64,000 bases of DNA, from the NCBI GenBank assembly GCA_963729625.1, contig CAVSOU010000011.1, positions 864,001 to 928,000 on the forward strand, written 5' to 3'. Under the pieces are notes generated by a model. That model did no database searches and had not been told where the DNA came from. It saw nothing but the letters and a program-made list of their open reading frames with translations. How positions within the stretch are numbered: position 1 is the first letter of the stretch; each line of letters begins with the position of its first letter. Below, piece after piece: positions 19,517 to 30,211 of the stretch. The position numbers and the translations under genes are program-made. This DNA is from an uncultured bacterium (GTDB taxonomy: Bacteria; Chloroflexota; UBA5177; JANWHV01).

Positions 19517-22500
19517 GTGTGTGTGCGCAAAGCGTGCCGACTAATCTCTGCTTGCGCGCTGCTCGTGGCCTGGGTGATGCGGCTCCTGGCCGTGCCCGCC
19601 GTCGCGAGTCCCGTGCAGCTCTCGCCCTTCCACAGTCAGATCGCACACCATGCGGTAATGCAGGTGGCCGTGCTGCCCTCGAGCATCGACGTCGGCCGTG
19701 ATGTTGTGCTTCGCGTCGTGGTGCGTGGCGCTTCCGGCACGCCCCTCAGTGACGCCGTGCTCAATGTGAGCGGCGCCGGCCTGCCTGTGCTGGCTTCTAC
19801 GAAAGACGGACAGGCGCAATTGCGTATTCACGCAGCGGTGTTGGGTGTCGCGACGCTTGCGGTCAGCCACAGTGGCTATGCCCCCGCAGTGCTCAGGCTT
19901 CCCATTATTGCAGGTCCACCGGCGGTCGTGGTGGCGCTCAAACGAGGTTTGAGCGTGCGTGCGCCGGGCGCGCCTGCCCAGCCGGGCCGGGTCGGACTTG
20001 ATCTCTTGGAGCGCTACCACGCTGCCACGGCAGCTCGCCAGTTTGCCTCGCTGGGCCTCCGCGACGGGACACTGGTGGATCTGAACAGTCAGACCGACGT
20101 AATGATTCGGGACCCGCTGCACATGACCCTGAGCAAGGGAGAGTTGTTCCTCGAAATCGTGCACGGAGATGTTCAGCCGCATGTGATTCAGGTGGGAAGT
20201 GCGGTGGCCGCGACGCACGGCACACGTCTCGACGTTCGCCTTGACCGAGCGACCCGGGTCACGGTAGTGACCGTGTTCGATGGGCTGGTGCGCGTCAGCA
20301 ATAAGGGCGCAACGGTGTCCGTGGGCGCCGGTCAACAATCTACCATTCCGGCCAATGCATCCCCAGGTGCGCCTGCACCTGCGAATCTCAGCACTATTGC
20401 TGCCTGGCTCAGCAACCTTCCCAATACCACGCCAGCAGTGGTACCAGCTTTCGCGACCACGGTGTTGCCGCCTGCTCCACGGATAGGATTTCCTCCTGTC
20501 GCGCCTACGGCCACGCTGACTATCACCGCAAATCTTGAGCGCACGAACTGGTCCGGCGTGGTGCGTCTTGAAGGTGCGGTCACCATACCGGCGACCAGCA
20601 CTGTGACCGTTCAGCTGGGTACTGTCATGCTGACAGACGGCTCCAACTTGACTGTGGAAGGCACGCTACTTGCCCAAGGTACCGCCAACGCCCCGATCAT
20701 TGTCACCAGCTCGTTGCCGAGTCCCCATGCCGGAGTCGGCGGCGCGATATTCATCGACGGACCGCGGGCGGGTGGCACACGTCTGGACTACGTCCACGAT
20801 TTCTATAGCCTTGGGTCCGGTGTGTCGGTCACGGGTGGGGCGCAGCCGGTGATCAGCAACAGTGCGTTCATCGCGAGCACCGAGCAGGGGATATATATCG
20901 ACGACACAAGTGCACCCACTATCGCGAATTGTGTGTTCGCGAGCAACGGGGAATATGCAGTCTCCAGCCCGGTGAGTGCATCGGGATTAATTACCGGAAC
21001 AGCCCTCGGTGCAGGTCAACTTGGCATATTGGTGCGCGACGGCACCACGAGCCATGCGACGACCTGGCACAGTCAGAACGCTCCGTTTATCCTTTCCTTC
21101 GTGACGGTGGCGGCAGGCACAACGCTGAGCGTCGAGCCGGGAGTGGTGGTCGAGATGGTCAAGCGGGAGTCCTCGGACTCAACCTTGACTATCCGGGGAG
21201 TGCTCATTGCCCGTGGCACTGCCGCGGCGCCGATCATCTTTACCAGCGCGGCTCCGCAGCCTCAGCCGGGCGACTGGCGCTCCATCGCGTTCACGGGTAC
21301 CGGCACTGCCGGGAGCGTCCTCGAGCATGCGCTTGTGTTTTATGGGGGATCCGGGCTTCTCAGTCCGGGCTCAGTGGTCGCGACAGCTGGCGCGTCGCCC
21401 AGCATTCTTCGGAGTACAATCGCCCAATCGGGACAGAATGGTATCTACTCCGACGATGTGAGCCGCCCAGACGTCTTGAACTGCACCTTCGCCGGGAACT
21501 TGCTGTTTGCAGCATCTGTCCCGGCTGAGGGCGCGGCCCTGGTTTCGAACGCGGCCTTTGCGACCGGCCAGGCGGGCATCGAGATCCGCGGCAACAGCTT
21601 CGGCCACGTCCTGTCGATCACCCGTCCGACCATCTGGCCGTATGAATCGGTGCCGTATGTGCTCGACAACGGCGCGGTAACCGTAACAGCCTCGCTCGTG
21701 ATTGAGCCCGGCACCGTGATTGAGCTTGGCGAGCTGAATAGGTTCGTGATTACCGGCACCTTGCTGGCGGTCGGGCAGCCAGACAATCCGATTATCTTCA
21801 CGGACATTCCGAGCTCGGGTCCGAGCGCTATCGGCGGCAGTATTGTGCTGAGCGGCCAATCGGCCAGTCACAGCGCTTTCCAATACGTGGGCTTCTTCCA
21901 CGGCTACGATCAGCTCGTATCCGTAGACGGCGGCGCCGCTCCCACCATCGCCGACAGCTTGTTTGCGCAGGCGGCTGGAACCGGTATCTATGTGGACGCA
22001 ACAAGTCATCCGTCGATCACTGATTGTGTTTTCGCGGGCCTCACCCGCGATGCCATCGAAGTGCCCGGCGACGCCGCGGATGGGGTTCGCGGCACGCTGC
22101 TGGGACTCGGGCAGGCAGGCATTGCTATCACGGGCTCGGTAATCACACACAGCACCACGTGGCATCGGCAGGACGCGCCGTTTACTATCGCTGGCAGCGA
22201 GACTGTCGTAGCTGGCGCGACGCTGACCATCGAGCAAGGGACGGTGGTGGCCATGGAACACCACCAGTCGTCTGGCGGCTTACTTTGGATTCGAGGTACG
22301 CTGCTGGCACGCGGGACAGCAAACGAGCCAATCACGTTCACCACCGATGCACCAGTGCCCCAACCTGGCTCCTGGGAAGGTCTGTTTTTCGATGGGAAAC
22401 GCGCCAGCGACAGCAGAATGGACCACACGATCATCGAGTATGGGGGCTCGGTCGACTATGTCGCGGGCATGGTCTACATTGGAGACGGTGCCAGTCCGGC

Positions 22501-22693
22501 CATTACCAATTCAAGCATCCTCAATTCATCCAGTGGGGGAATAGTGGTGAGTAGCACCAGCACCCCCACGATCCGCGGCTGCTTCTTCCGTGGTCTGCGC
22601 GGATACGCCATTACCATTCCGGCTGCAGACCGTGCGAATGTTGGCGGCAACACCTTCGCTCCGGGTCAGCTGGGCATCGAGACCAGCAGTTGA
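19517..22693 (+). CDS. large secreted protein: Ig-like + FecR domain + three parallel beta-helix modules
   Basis: Signal peptide; FecR-like DGTLVDLNSQT...AATHGTRLDV...VTVFDGLVRV; repeated TLTIEPG.V...L.I.GTL.A.GT...PI.FTS...PGDW and P.I.NC.F modules. Start uncertain. Confidence 0.8.
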   Translation: MCVRKACRLISACALLVAWVMRLLAVPAVASPVQLSPFHSQIAHHAVMQVAVLPSSIDVGRDVVLRVVVRGASGTPLSDAVLNVSGAGLPVLASTKDGQAQLRIHAAVLGVATLAVSHSGYAPAVLRLPIIAGPPAVVVALKRGLSVRAPGAPAQPGRVGLDLLERYHAATAARQFASLGLRDGTLVDLNSQTDVMIRDPLHMTLSKGELFLEIVHGDVQPHVIQVGSAVAATHGTRLDVRLDRATRVTVVTVFDGLVRVSNKGATVSVGAGQQSTIPANASPGAPAPANLSTIAAWLSNLPNTTPAVVPAFATTVLPPAPRIGFPPVAPTATLTITANLERTNWSGVVRLEGAVTIPATSTVTVQLGTVMLTDGSNLTVEGTLLAQGTANAPIIVTSSLPSPHAGVGGAIFIDGPRAGGTRLDYVHDFYSLGSGVSVTGGAQPVISNSAFIASTEQGIYIDDTSAPTIANCVFASNGEYAVSSPVSASGLITGTALGAGQLGILVRDGTTSHATTWHSQNAPFILSFVTVAAGTTLSVEPGVVVEMVKRESSDSTLTIRGVLIARGTAAAPIIFTSAAPQPQPGDWRSIAFTGTGTAGSVLEHALVFYGGSGLLSPGSVVATAGASPSILRSTIAQSGQNGIYSDDVSRPDVLNCTFAGNLLFAASVPAEGAALVSNAAFATGQAGIEIRGNSFGHVLSITRPTIWPYESVPYVLDNGAVTVTASLVIEPGTVIELGELNRFVITGTLLAVGQPDNPIIFTDIPSSGPSAIGGSIVLSGQSASHSAFQYVGFFHGYDQLVSVDGGAAPTIADSLFAQAAGTGIYVDATSHPSITDCVFAGLTRDAIEVPGDAADGVRGTLLGLGQAGIAITGSVITHSTTWHRQDAPFTIAGSETVVAGATLTIEQGTVVAMEHHQSSGGLLWIRGTLLARGTANEPITFTTDAPVPQPGSWEGLFFDGKRASDSRMDHTIIEYGGSVDYVAGMVYIGDGASPAITNSSILNSSSGGIVVSSTSTPTIRGCFFRGLRGYAITIPAADRANVGGNTFAPGQLGIETSS

Positions 22694-22894
22694 GGCCGGT
22701 ACAACGCGGCGATGAGCGGCCCCCACGGAATAGCGCGTCGGTTGGCACACGGCGCATGTTTCGTGCGCCACCGCCTGCTCCGTGCTCAAGAGCGGCGTCG
22801 TCTCGCGCCTTCACCGCCCCGCCCGCCGTGATCGTCAGGGCTATCGCCGCCGCACTCACTCACGTTGTCCGGCGCCGCCACGATGAGCACCACG

Positions 22895-23782
22895 TCATAC
22901 CACCTCTTCCAGCTCGTCGGGTGCGGGCGTGGAAGCGGCGCTGACCGTCTCTTCCACGCGGTCCAGCCACTCGCTCACGAGGGCGTCCGTCACCGCCGGC
23001 TGGTTCCCAAAGAGGGTGTGACCGGCGCGATCGAGCACGGCGTAGGTGGCTCGCGGGTATAGCTCCAGCAGCCGCCATGCGTCCTGATAGCCAACAATCG
23101 CGTCCTGTCGCCCGGTCAGGATGAGGGTGGGACCGGCGAACGGCTCCGCCAGGTCGTCCGCGTCGAAGGAGAAGTCCAGGGCGCCGTCATTGGCCTGCCG
23201 CAAGCGCGCCAGGAACGCGCCATTGGCGGCCATGGCCGCGCGCAGAGCGCCTTGGTACCAACCGACGAGGTGCGGACTTTGCACCGGTTCCCCGGCGATG
23301 AGTGCGGCGATATCGACGGTGCCTTGGGGGTCGATGGCCTGCATCGCGGCCACGAACGCCGGGTCACGCACCAGCGTCTGCCTGGGCGGCTTGCTGGCTC
23401 GGCTGCCCATAGCGGGCACGAGGAAGCAGACGCCGTCGATCCTGGCCTGCCGCCGCAGCACCAGCCCGCGCGCCAGCAGGCCACCGTACGACCCTCCCAC
23501 GACCGCGAAGCGCCGGCCGGGCAGCACCGCGTCGATGAACGCCAGCAGTACCTCGAGCACCTGATCGTGGGTGGTCAGCCAGTCGGGTCCTGCCGTCTGC
23601 CCCGTACCAGGCAGATCCGGATAGATACGCCGCCAACCGGATCGCGCGGTGAAGTACGGCTCTATGACGTCTGCCGCAAAGCGGCTATCGTGTGCCCAGC
23701 CGGGCAAGACCAGCAGCGGTTGCCCCTCGCCGAGCTCCTCATAGTAGACCGAGATGTTCGGCAATTCGCAGCGCATGGGCAC
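22895..23782 (-). CDS. alpha/beta fold hydrolase
   Basis: IYPDLPGTG, GGSYGG nucleophile elbow, GRQD, VLDRAGH. GTG 23782 after GGAGGT. Confidence 0.9.
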   Translation of the reverse strand: MPMRCELPNISVYYEELGEGQPLLVLPGWAHDSRFAADVIEPYFTARSGWRRIYPDLPGTGQTAGPDWLTTHDQVLEVLLAFIDAVLPGRRFAVVGGSYGGLLARGLVLRRQARIDGVCFLVPAMGSRASKPPRQTLVRDPAFVAAMQAIDPQGTVDIAALIAGEPVQSPHLVGWYQGALRAAMAANGAFLARLRQANDGALDFSFDADDLAEPFAGPTLILTGRQDAIVGYQDAWRLLELYPRATYAVLDRAGHTLFGNQPAVTDALVSEWLDRVEETVSAASTPAPDELEEVV

Positions 23783-24263
23783 GTACCTCCAGCCTCCTGC
23801 ATCGGACGATCTGCGCGCATACGGCCCAATCTCTCGCGCAGCCCGCAACGTATCCCACACAACCCAGCTCGACTGTAACGTGCAACGCCGGGGCGACTGG
23901 AAGGGCCGAGAGCGCCATCCGTAGCGGCTGAGCAGCCGTCGGAGGCGCTGTCCATTCGAGCACTTGCGCCCGGATCACTGGGCATGCGAGTGGCACACTG
24001 GTCGACAATCATGCCTTTTTCGGCACCTGCGCGCGACGCCCGCCAACGCATAATATGCGCGACATCAGCGTGTTCTGGGAGCGAGACGAAGCGTCCGGCA
24101 CGAGCTGGACGCTCAGGACGGTACTGCCAACACATCTCTCAGCCAACACTTAGCACGCCGTCACGCATCGATCATCATGCGGCGGTACGCTGCAATAGGT
24201 CGAGCGATGGGTAAAGGCGTGTCCACGGCCCGCGTGCGCGGCCCTCAGATTGGGGAACGAACC

Positions 24264-25109
24264 ATGCTACCTGTGATAGCGGCGGTACGCCGGCGCCAGT
24301 TCTTGCTGGCGATGCTTGGCGGAGCGCTGGCCGTCCCGGCCCTTGCGCGCAACGCGCTTGCCGCATCCGACATGCCCGCTGCGGCGAGCCTCGGACCATT
24401 GGTAAACATCCCGCAGACATACAACAATTGCGGTCCGGCCACGGTCGCCGAGGTGCTTGCCTACTGGGGCATCGCGCGCACGCAAGGCCAGGTGCAGGCC
24501 GCATTGCGCGTGGATGGATCGATTGTCGGCATGACACCCTACGGCGTACCCTCATATGCTCGTGACCTCGGCTTGCGCACGCTGATTGGTGTCGGCGGCA
24601 ATGCCGCGCTGATCAAGCATTTCGTCCAGAATCGGCTTCCGGTGATCGTTCATCAGGTCGTCAGCCTGAACGACTCCACCGGGCACTGGCGGCCGGTCGA
24701 AGCGTACGACGACACCCAGGGCGTGTTCGTGACCAGCGACACGTACCTTGGAGCCGGCTACCGGCTCGCCTACGACACGTTCGCGCGGCTCTGGGCGCAG
24801 CGTGGATATGCGTTCACCGTGCTCTACCCAGCCGCGCGCCAGGTGGCCGTCTCGGCCTCCCTGAGCGCTGCCGGCTGGCAGAAGGCGGCAGCCTACCGGC
24901 ATGACCTGGTTCTGCTCGAAGCCAATCGGCTGGACGCCAGCCCTGCATCCGCGCCGGCGAGCGCGGCCGCTGCCTACCGTTATCTCGCCATGGCCTGGGA
25001 CGCGTCGCAACTTGCACGCGCGTCGGATGCGCGTGCGTTCCTGCGGCAGGCGACGCGTGCCGGTGCAAGTCCAATCGAAGTGCGCTGGATCAGCGCCGAG
25101 ATCGCCTAG
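24264..25109 (+). CDS. Tat-exported C39-like cysteine peptidase
   Basis: RRRQFL twin-arginine signal; QTYNNCGPA catalytic Cys; GHWRPVEAYD His/Asp. Confidence 0.85.
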   Translation: MLPVIAAVRRRQFLLAMLGGALAVPALARNALAASDMPAAASLGPLVNIPQTYNNCGPATVAEVLAYWGIARTQGQVQAALRVDGSIVGMTPYGVPSYARDLGLRTLIGVGGNAALIKHFVQNRLPVIVHQVVSLNDSTGHWRPVEAYDDTQGVFVTSDTYLGAGYRLAYDTFARLWAQRGYAFTVLYPAARQVAVSASLSAAGWQKAAAYRHDLVLLEANRLDASPASAPASAAAAYRYLAMAWDASQLARASDARAFLRQATRAGASPIEVRWISAEIA

Positions 25110-25183
25110 ATTTCCGGCCGCCCGAGCCTATCGCTGAGGGCGCAGCCCTGACCGGCACATCAAGCTCAGGAGGGAGACTCCTC

Positions 25184-26344
25184 GTGATCCACTGGCGAAA
25201 ACCGGCACTCATCTGTGTACTGCTTTCGATGCTCACGCTCCCACTCGCCGGCGCCCACGCGCCCGTCGCGCGCGCCGCGACCGGTATCTCGACGATCGTG
25301 TTGCCCGACGGAAGTCGACATACGCTGCAAACACCATCCGACCTGCAGGTTTCGGTCTACGCCACCGGGCTGCCCAACGCCAGGTTTATGGCTCTGGGAC
25401 CGCGGGGCGACGTCTTCGTGGGAAGCTGGTATGCCGGCACGGTTAGCGTGTTGCTCAACCGGAGCGGGGCGACGAGGGCGACCGGCGCCGTTACGCTGCT
25501 CAGCGGCCTCACCGTGCCCCATAGCGTAGCCTTTCGGAATGGACTGCTGTACGTTGCCGAGGAGGGGCAGGTCACCAGCTGGAGTTACGATCCGTCGGCC
25601 GTGCGCGCCGGTAACGAGCGCGTGGTCGTCGCGAGCCTGCCGACCGGAGGGCGGCATGTCACGCGTACCCTCAGCTTTGGGCCGGATGGATCGATCTATG
25701 TCTCGGTCGGCTCGTCCTGCAATGAGTGCATCGACTACTCGAATCGAGCCGTGATCATGCGCTATCGCGCCGACGGCTCCGGCGGGACCGTCTATGCGAG
25801 CGGCCTGCGCAACTCGGTCGGGCTGGCCTGGCAGCCGGGAACAAGCAGGCTGTGGTCGATCGACAACGGCGAAGATCTGCTGGGCGACAATATTCCTCCC
25901 GATGAGATTGACATAATCAAGCAAGGCGCCAACTATGGCTGGCCGTATTGTTGGGGCAATGGGCAGAAGGATCCGTCCGTCTACTCCGCCCCGGGCTACT
26001 GCGCGCGCACCGTCGGCCCCACCGTATCGCTGCAGGCGCACTCGGCCCCTCTGGGCCTGACCTTCTACAACGGCACCCGACTACCGGCGCGCTACCGTGG
26101 CGGCATCTTCGTGGCTTACCACGGATCGGCCTACCGGTCGCAGCTGACCGGCTACAAGGTTGTCTTCATACCGGTGCATGGGACATACGCCGGGCAGCCG
26201 CAGGACATCGTTTCGGGCTGGCTTCCATCGGACGGGAGCAGCGTCTGGGGCCGGCCGGTTGGACTGCTGGTCGCTGCCGACGGCAGCCTGCTCATCTCCG
26301 ATGATATGGGTGGCGTCATCTACCGTCTGTCGACGGCAGGGTGA
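25184..26344 (+). CDS. secreted PQQ-dependent (glucose/sorbosone) dehydrogenase-family beta-propeller
   Basis: GRHVTRTL.FGPDG, VGSSCNEC, ASGLRNSVGL, NYGWPYC, AHSAPLGL, GRPVGL...LLISDD. Confidence 0.92.
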   Translation: MIHWRKPALICVLLSMLTLPLAGAHAPVARAATGISTIVLPDGSRHTLQTPSDLQVSVYATGLPNARFMALGPRGDVFVGSWYAGTVSVLLNRSGATRATGAVTLLSGLTVPHSVAFRNGLLYVAEEGQVTSWSYDPSAVRAGNERVVVASLPTGGRHVTRTLSFGPDGSIYVSVGSSCNECIDYSNRAVIMRYRADGSGGTVYASGLRNSVGLAWQPGTSRLWSIDNGEDLLGDNIPPDEIDIIKQGANYGWPYCWGNGQKDPSVYSAPGYCARTVGPTVSLQAHSAPLGLTFYNGTRLPARYRGGIFVAYHGSAYRSQLTGYKVVFIPVHGTYAGQPQDIVSGWLPSDGSSVWGRPVGLLVAADGSLLISDDMGGVIYRLSTAG

Positions 26345-26625
26345 TGATCCCATACCAATGGCCGCCGGCCTCTCTACGGCTGCTGAGCATCGTACGCCGG
26401 CCGCTTGCGCGTCCAGGTTAGGTTGTGTGCACAGCCCCATGTGCCAAAGGGCGGGCCGCCTCGATAAAGTTTGATCCGGGGTCAGCGGGTTTCGGCGGTG
26501 GCGAACCGCTGTACCCCTCGGTCGAGAACCTCGAGTGCATTCTCCGCGATCTGCACAAGTGACGTCCTGCTGGCTAAAGATCCGTCTGCTTCTGCCGAAT
26601 ACGGTAGCGAGCGGAAAGGTCTGAC

Positions 26626-26907
26626 ATGCCTGTAGCGGTGGCGGAGCAGAGAGAGTTCATCGACCTGTTCCTCGATGCACTCGACGAGCAGGAGGCCGTC
26701 CAGGCAGCAGCCCCAACGGTACTCTGGCAGCCTACGTGCGCTGAGATGGCCAGCGTGCGGCACGCCAGCATGAACCGCGTTGTGCAGTCCGCCGCGGCGC
26801 GTCATACCGCCTCGCGGCAGCAGATGGCGACCTTGAGGCAGGGCCAGGAAACCGTCAGCTTCTACTATGGCCGCGGCGTAGTGCTCGAGCAGATGTGGCT
26901 CGCCTAG
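26626..26907 (+). CDS. hypothetical protein
   Basis: ATG after GGAAAGG, GC3-rich codons, directly upstream of ftsZ. Confidence 0.55.
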   Translation: MPVAVAEQREFIDLFLDALDEQEAVQAAAPTVLWQPTCAEMASVRHASMNRVVQSAAARHTASRQQMATLRQGQETVSFYYGRGVVLEQMWLA

Positions 26908-27093
26908 TGTATTCCCACGCGTGTGGGTACCCGACCACCTCCCAGCAGTAGGGAGAGAAGCGCGAACCGGTTCGGATTACGCCCCCCTATGCTACGTTTT
27001 CGAACGCAACGTGCCCGTCCAGTGCTAGTATGGAACCCAACAGGTGTACAAATGCGCATGCGATCGGGTCGCGTGTTTCGAAAGGCGAATCCA

Positions 27094-28125
27094 ATGGATA
27101 GCCCACGGGCGACCATCAAGGCTGTAGGCGTTGGCGGCGGCGGGTGCAATGCGATTAACTGGGCGGTCAATCAACGCGTCCAGGGGCTGGAGTCGATCGC
27201 CGTCAATACGGATAACCAGGCTCTGCTTAATGCGCAGGCCGCGATCAAGATTCGCATCGGCGACAAGGTGACCAAGGGCCTTGGATGTGGCGGCGATCCG
27301 GAGGTGGGCCAGCGCGCCGCCGAGGAATCGCACGACGATCTGCAAGCCGTCCTGGAGGGCGCGGACATCGTTTTCATCGCCGCGGGTATGGGTGGCGGTA
27401 CCGGCACCGGCGCGGCGCCCGTGATCGCGCAGATCGCGCGGGATACCGGCGCCCTCACCATCAGCATCGTCACGAAGCCGTTCGTCTTTGAAGGCACCAG
27501 GCGGCGGCAGATCGCGGAAACCGGCGTCGTCGCGCTCAAGGCGTGCTCGGACACACTGATCACTATTCCGAACGATCGGCTCCTCGGGCTCACCGACAAG
27601 AAGATGACCATGCGTATGGCCTTTGCCCTGGCAGACGACGTCTTGCGCGCCGGCATCCAGGGGATTTCGGACACGATCACCCTGCCGGGCCTGATCAATC
27701 TTGATCTGGCCGATATCAGGAGCGTCATGGCCAACGCGGGCACCGCTTTCATGGCCGTCGGTCGCGCCGCCGGTGACGAGCGGGCCACAAACGCGGCGCG
27801 CCAGGCCATCAGAAGCCCCCTCCTGGAAGTCTCGCTCGAGGGCGCCCGCTCCATACTGCTGAATATCACCGGGAGTGACTACACGCTCTTCGAGGTGAAC
27901 GAAGTAGCCGACATCATTCAGAAGACCGCCGACCCCGAAGCCGATGTCGTGTTCGGCGCCGTCCTCGACGAGGCTATGAAGGGCGAACTCCAGGTGACCC
28001 TGATCGCTACGTACCTCCAGGATCCAACGCTCCGGCTAGATGGCGGAGCCGATGCCGGGACGCCGGGCCTTCGCGCCGGCCAGCTACGATCTTCCGGCTA
28101 CGCTGGACCCCCTCGTATGCCGTAG
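27094..28125 (+). CDS. ftsZ: cell division GTPase FtsZ (stand-alone copy)
   Basis: IKAVGVGGGGCNA, AVNTD, tubulin signature AGMGGGTGTGAAP, TKPF.FEG, T7 loop INLDLAD, SPLLE. ATG 27094 after GAAAGG. Confidence 0.95.
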   Translation: MDSPRATIKAVGVGGGGCNAINWAVNQRVQGLESIAVNTDNQALLNAQAAIKIRIGDKVTKGLGCGGDPEVGQRAAEESHDDLQAVLEGADIVFIAAGMGGGTGTGAAPVIAQIARDTGALTISIVTKPFVFEGTRRRQIAETGVVALKACSDTLITIPNDRLLGLTDKKMTMRMAFALADDVLRAGIQGISDTITLPGLINLDLADIRSVMANAGTAFMAVGRAAGDERATNAARQAIRSPLLEVSLEGARSILLNITGSDYTLFEVNEVADIIQKTADPEADVVFGAVLDEAMKGELQVTLIATYLQDPTLRLDGGADAGTPGLRAGQLRSSGYAGPPRMP

Positions 28126-28233
28126 CCGCCGGCAGACCCGGCCTTGGAGTAACAGGCAGGTGGAGCCTAAACCGCGCCGCGGGTACGATCGACGTTGTAT
28201 GCACTGGTGGCAAGCGCGGAAGGAGTCGGCGAA

Positions 28234-29001
28234 GTGAGCCTGCACGGCAAAGTGGCGATTGTAACGGGCGGTAATAGCGGCATCGGTGCGGCGATCGTGT
28301 TGGCGCTGGCGAAGCGGGGCGCCAACCTCGTCATAGACTATGTCTCGCACCCGGAGGCCGAGGCGGAGCTGGAGCGGCAGGTGGCGGCGCTCGGAGATAA
28401 GGTGACCGGGGTCGAAGCCGACGTGAGCAAGGTCGCCGATCTGCAGAGACTCGTCGACACGGCGGTCGAGCACTGTGGCCGCCTCGACATCATGGTCAAT
28501 AACGCCGGAATAGAGACGCGCACCTCCGTGCTCGACACGACCGAGGCGCAATACGAGCTCGTGCTGTCCGTCAACCTGAAGAGTGCGTTCTTCGGCACGC
28601 AGCTGGCTGCCAAACAGATGATCAAGCAGGGAAGCGGCGGCCGTATCGTCAACATCTCATCGGTCCACGAGGACTGGCCCATGCCTGGCAACGCGCCGTA
28701 CTGTCTCTCAAAAGGCGGCATGCGCATGCTGACGCGCACGGCGGGCGACGAGCTTGCCAGGCATGGTATCCAGGTCATCGGCGTTGGCCCCGGCGCCGTG
28801 GCGACCCCGATCAACAGCCAGACGCTCCAAGACCCTTCCGCCCTCAGCAAACTCAACGCCGCTATTCCGTTGGGTCGTATGGCGCGTCCGGAAGAAATCG
28901 CCGACGTCGTCGCCTATCTGTGCGACGAGGGTGCGAGCTACATAACCGCCACGACATTGTTCGTGGATGGCGGCCTGATGCAGAGCAGTCCCGGTCTGTA
29001 G
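28234..29001 (+). CDS. SDR oxidoreductase, glucose 1-dehydrogenase-like
   Basis: TGGNSGIG, NNAG, SSVHEDWPMPG, YCLSK. GTG after AAGGAG. Confidence 0.92.
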   Translation: MSLHGKVAIVTGGNSGIGAAIVLALAKRGANLVIDYVSHPEAEAELERQVAALGDKVTGVEADVSKVADLQRLVDTAVEHCGRLDIMVNNAGIETRTSVLDTTEAQYELVLSVNLKSAFFGTQLAAKQMIKQGSGGRIVNISSVHEDWPMPGNAPYCLSKGGMRMLTRTAGDELARHGIQVIGVGPGAVATPINSQTLQDPSALSKLNAAIPLGRMARPEEIADVVAYLCDEGASYITATTLFVDGGLMQSSPGL

Positions 29002-29274
29002 CCCGCTGCTCGCGTTCCAGCAACGCGCCGCAATGAAAAGCCCGGAAGCAGTGCTTCCGGGCTACGTATTGTCTGCATCGACGGCTGTGATGATACAAGA
29101 ATGAAAATGTATGATAGTGTCGCCGCGATGCGCCAATGGCGAGGCGCGTACTCTGCGCCAGCCCCATGAGTGTAGTCCCTGCGAGATGAACGCGACATGA
29201 CGCTCGGGGCGGCGCCAGTGGCCGTTGCCTGATGGAGGGCCGCAGGCGCGAGCGGAAGAGCCGCGCGCGGCATT

Positions 29275-29781
29275 CTATACGAAGGGCTGCCCGAGCCGCT
29301 CCCTGAAAGCTACTTCCGCCAATGGCTTCCGATTCTTCTTGCCCCGTCCAATTGCATCGAGCGGGTAGCCAAACGGGACGATCGCCAGGATCTCCAGGTC
29401 GTCTGGAATGCCAAGCAGCGAGTTGACACGCTCGAGCCCGGAGAAGCCGACCCAATTTGAGCCAACCCCTTCGGACCACGCGGTGAGCATCATGGATTGG
29501 ATAGCCCGGCTGGCATCGGATACGGCGTACGGCGTCTTCTCGATTGCCACGGCGATGGCGAGCGCCGCCTGCGCGATATATGGACCTGTCTTTGCCAGGC
29601 CTCCAAGCTGACGCAGCGTATCGCGGTCCTGTACCACGATGAAACGCCACGGCTGCTGGTTCATCGAGCTTGCCGACACGTGAGCGGCTTCGACGATCTT
29701 CATCACCACCTCTTCGGGCACGGGCTTGTCAAGGTAGCGCCGCACAGCCAGCATGGTTCGAACAGCATCAAAGGTATCCAT
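29275..29781 (-). CDS. nitroreductase family protein
   Basis: AVRRY, SSMNQQPWRFIVV, AWSEGVGSNW, VPFGYP, RKPL. Confidence 0.92.
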   Translation of the reverse strand: MDTFDAVRTMLAVRRYLDKPVPEEVVMKIVEAAHVSASSMNQQPWRFIVVQDRDTLRQLGGLAKTGPYIAQAALAIAVAIEKTPYAVSDASRAIQSMMLTAWSEGVGSNWVGFSGLERVNSLLGIPDDLEILAIVPFGYPLDAIGRGKKNRKPLAEVAFRERLGQPFV

Positions 29782-29947
29782 TTCACGAGTTTCCTTTCTC
29801 CAAATACTGCTGCATTTTCTCGCCGAGCCCGCTGCTTCGCACTGGTGGCGCCCCGGCTCGGGTACCATACTTAATACTACATTCGTGCCGCGGCGATCGA
29901 CTCATCCGGCCGGCCGCGTGCCTTGAGACATAATGAGGGTAGGCGCA

Positions 29948-30211
29948 ATGCAAAAGTGGGAGTACTGTCACATCGACACCTTCCGGAGTCCAAAAGTGGC
30001 CCGGTTCGCGGACGCGACAGGCGTGCGCGAGGAGACCTTCGCGCCGGGCATCGAGGGCACCCTCGCGTACTTCGCAAATCTCGGTCTTCAGGGCTGGGAG
30101 TTGGTAGGCGTGGAAGTGCGCGTCGAATCGCGTCAGGCCGAGGCGGGGTCTCTTGATCCAAACAACGTTCGCAGCCAGCCGGTCTATTGGTTCAAGCGGC
30201 CACTGGACTGA
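29948..30211 (+). CDS. DUF4177-like small protein
   Basis: KWEY...NLGLQGWELV...WFKRP pattern. Confidence 0.7.
   Translation: MQKWEYCHIDTFRSPKVARFADATGVREETFAPGIEGTLAYFANLGLQGWELVGVEVRVESRQAEAGSLDPNNVRSQPVYWFKRPLD

Noticed and set aside
26909-26933. GTATTCCCACGCGTGTGGGTACCCG resembling a type I-E CRISPR repeat
   Set aside because: Single degenerate copy, no spacers or cas genes; more simply a hairpin after a stop codon.
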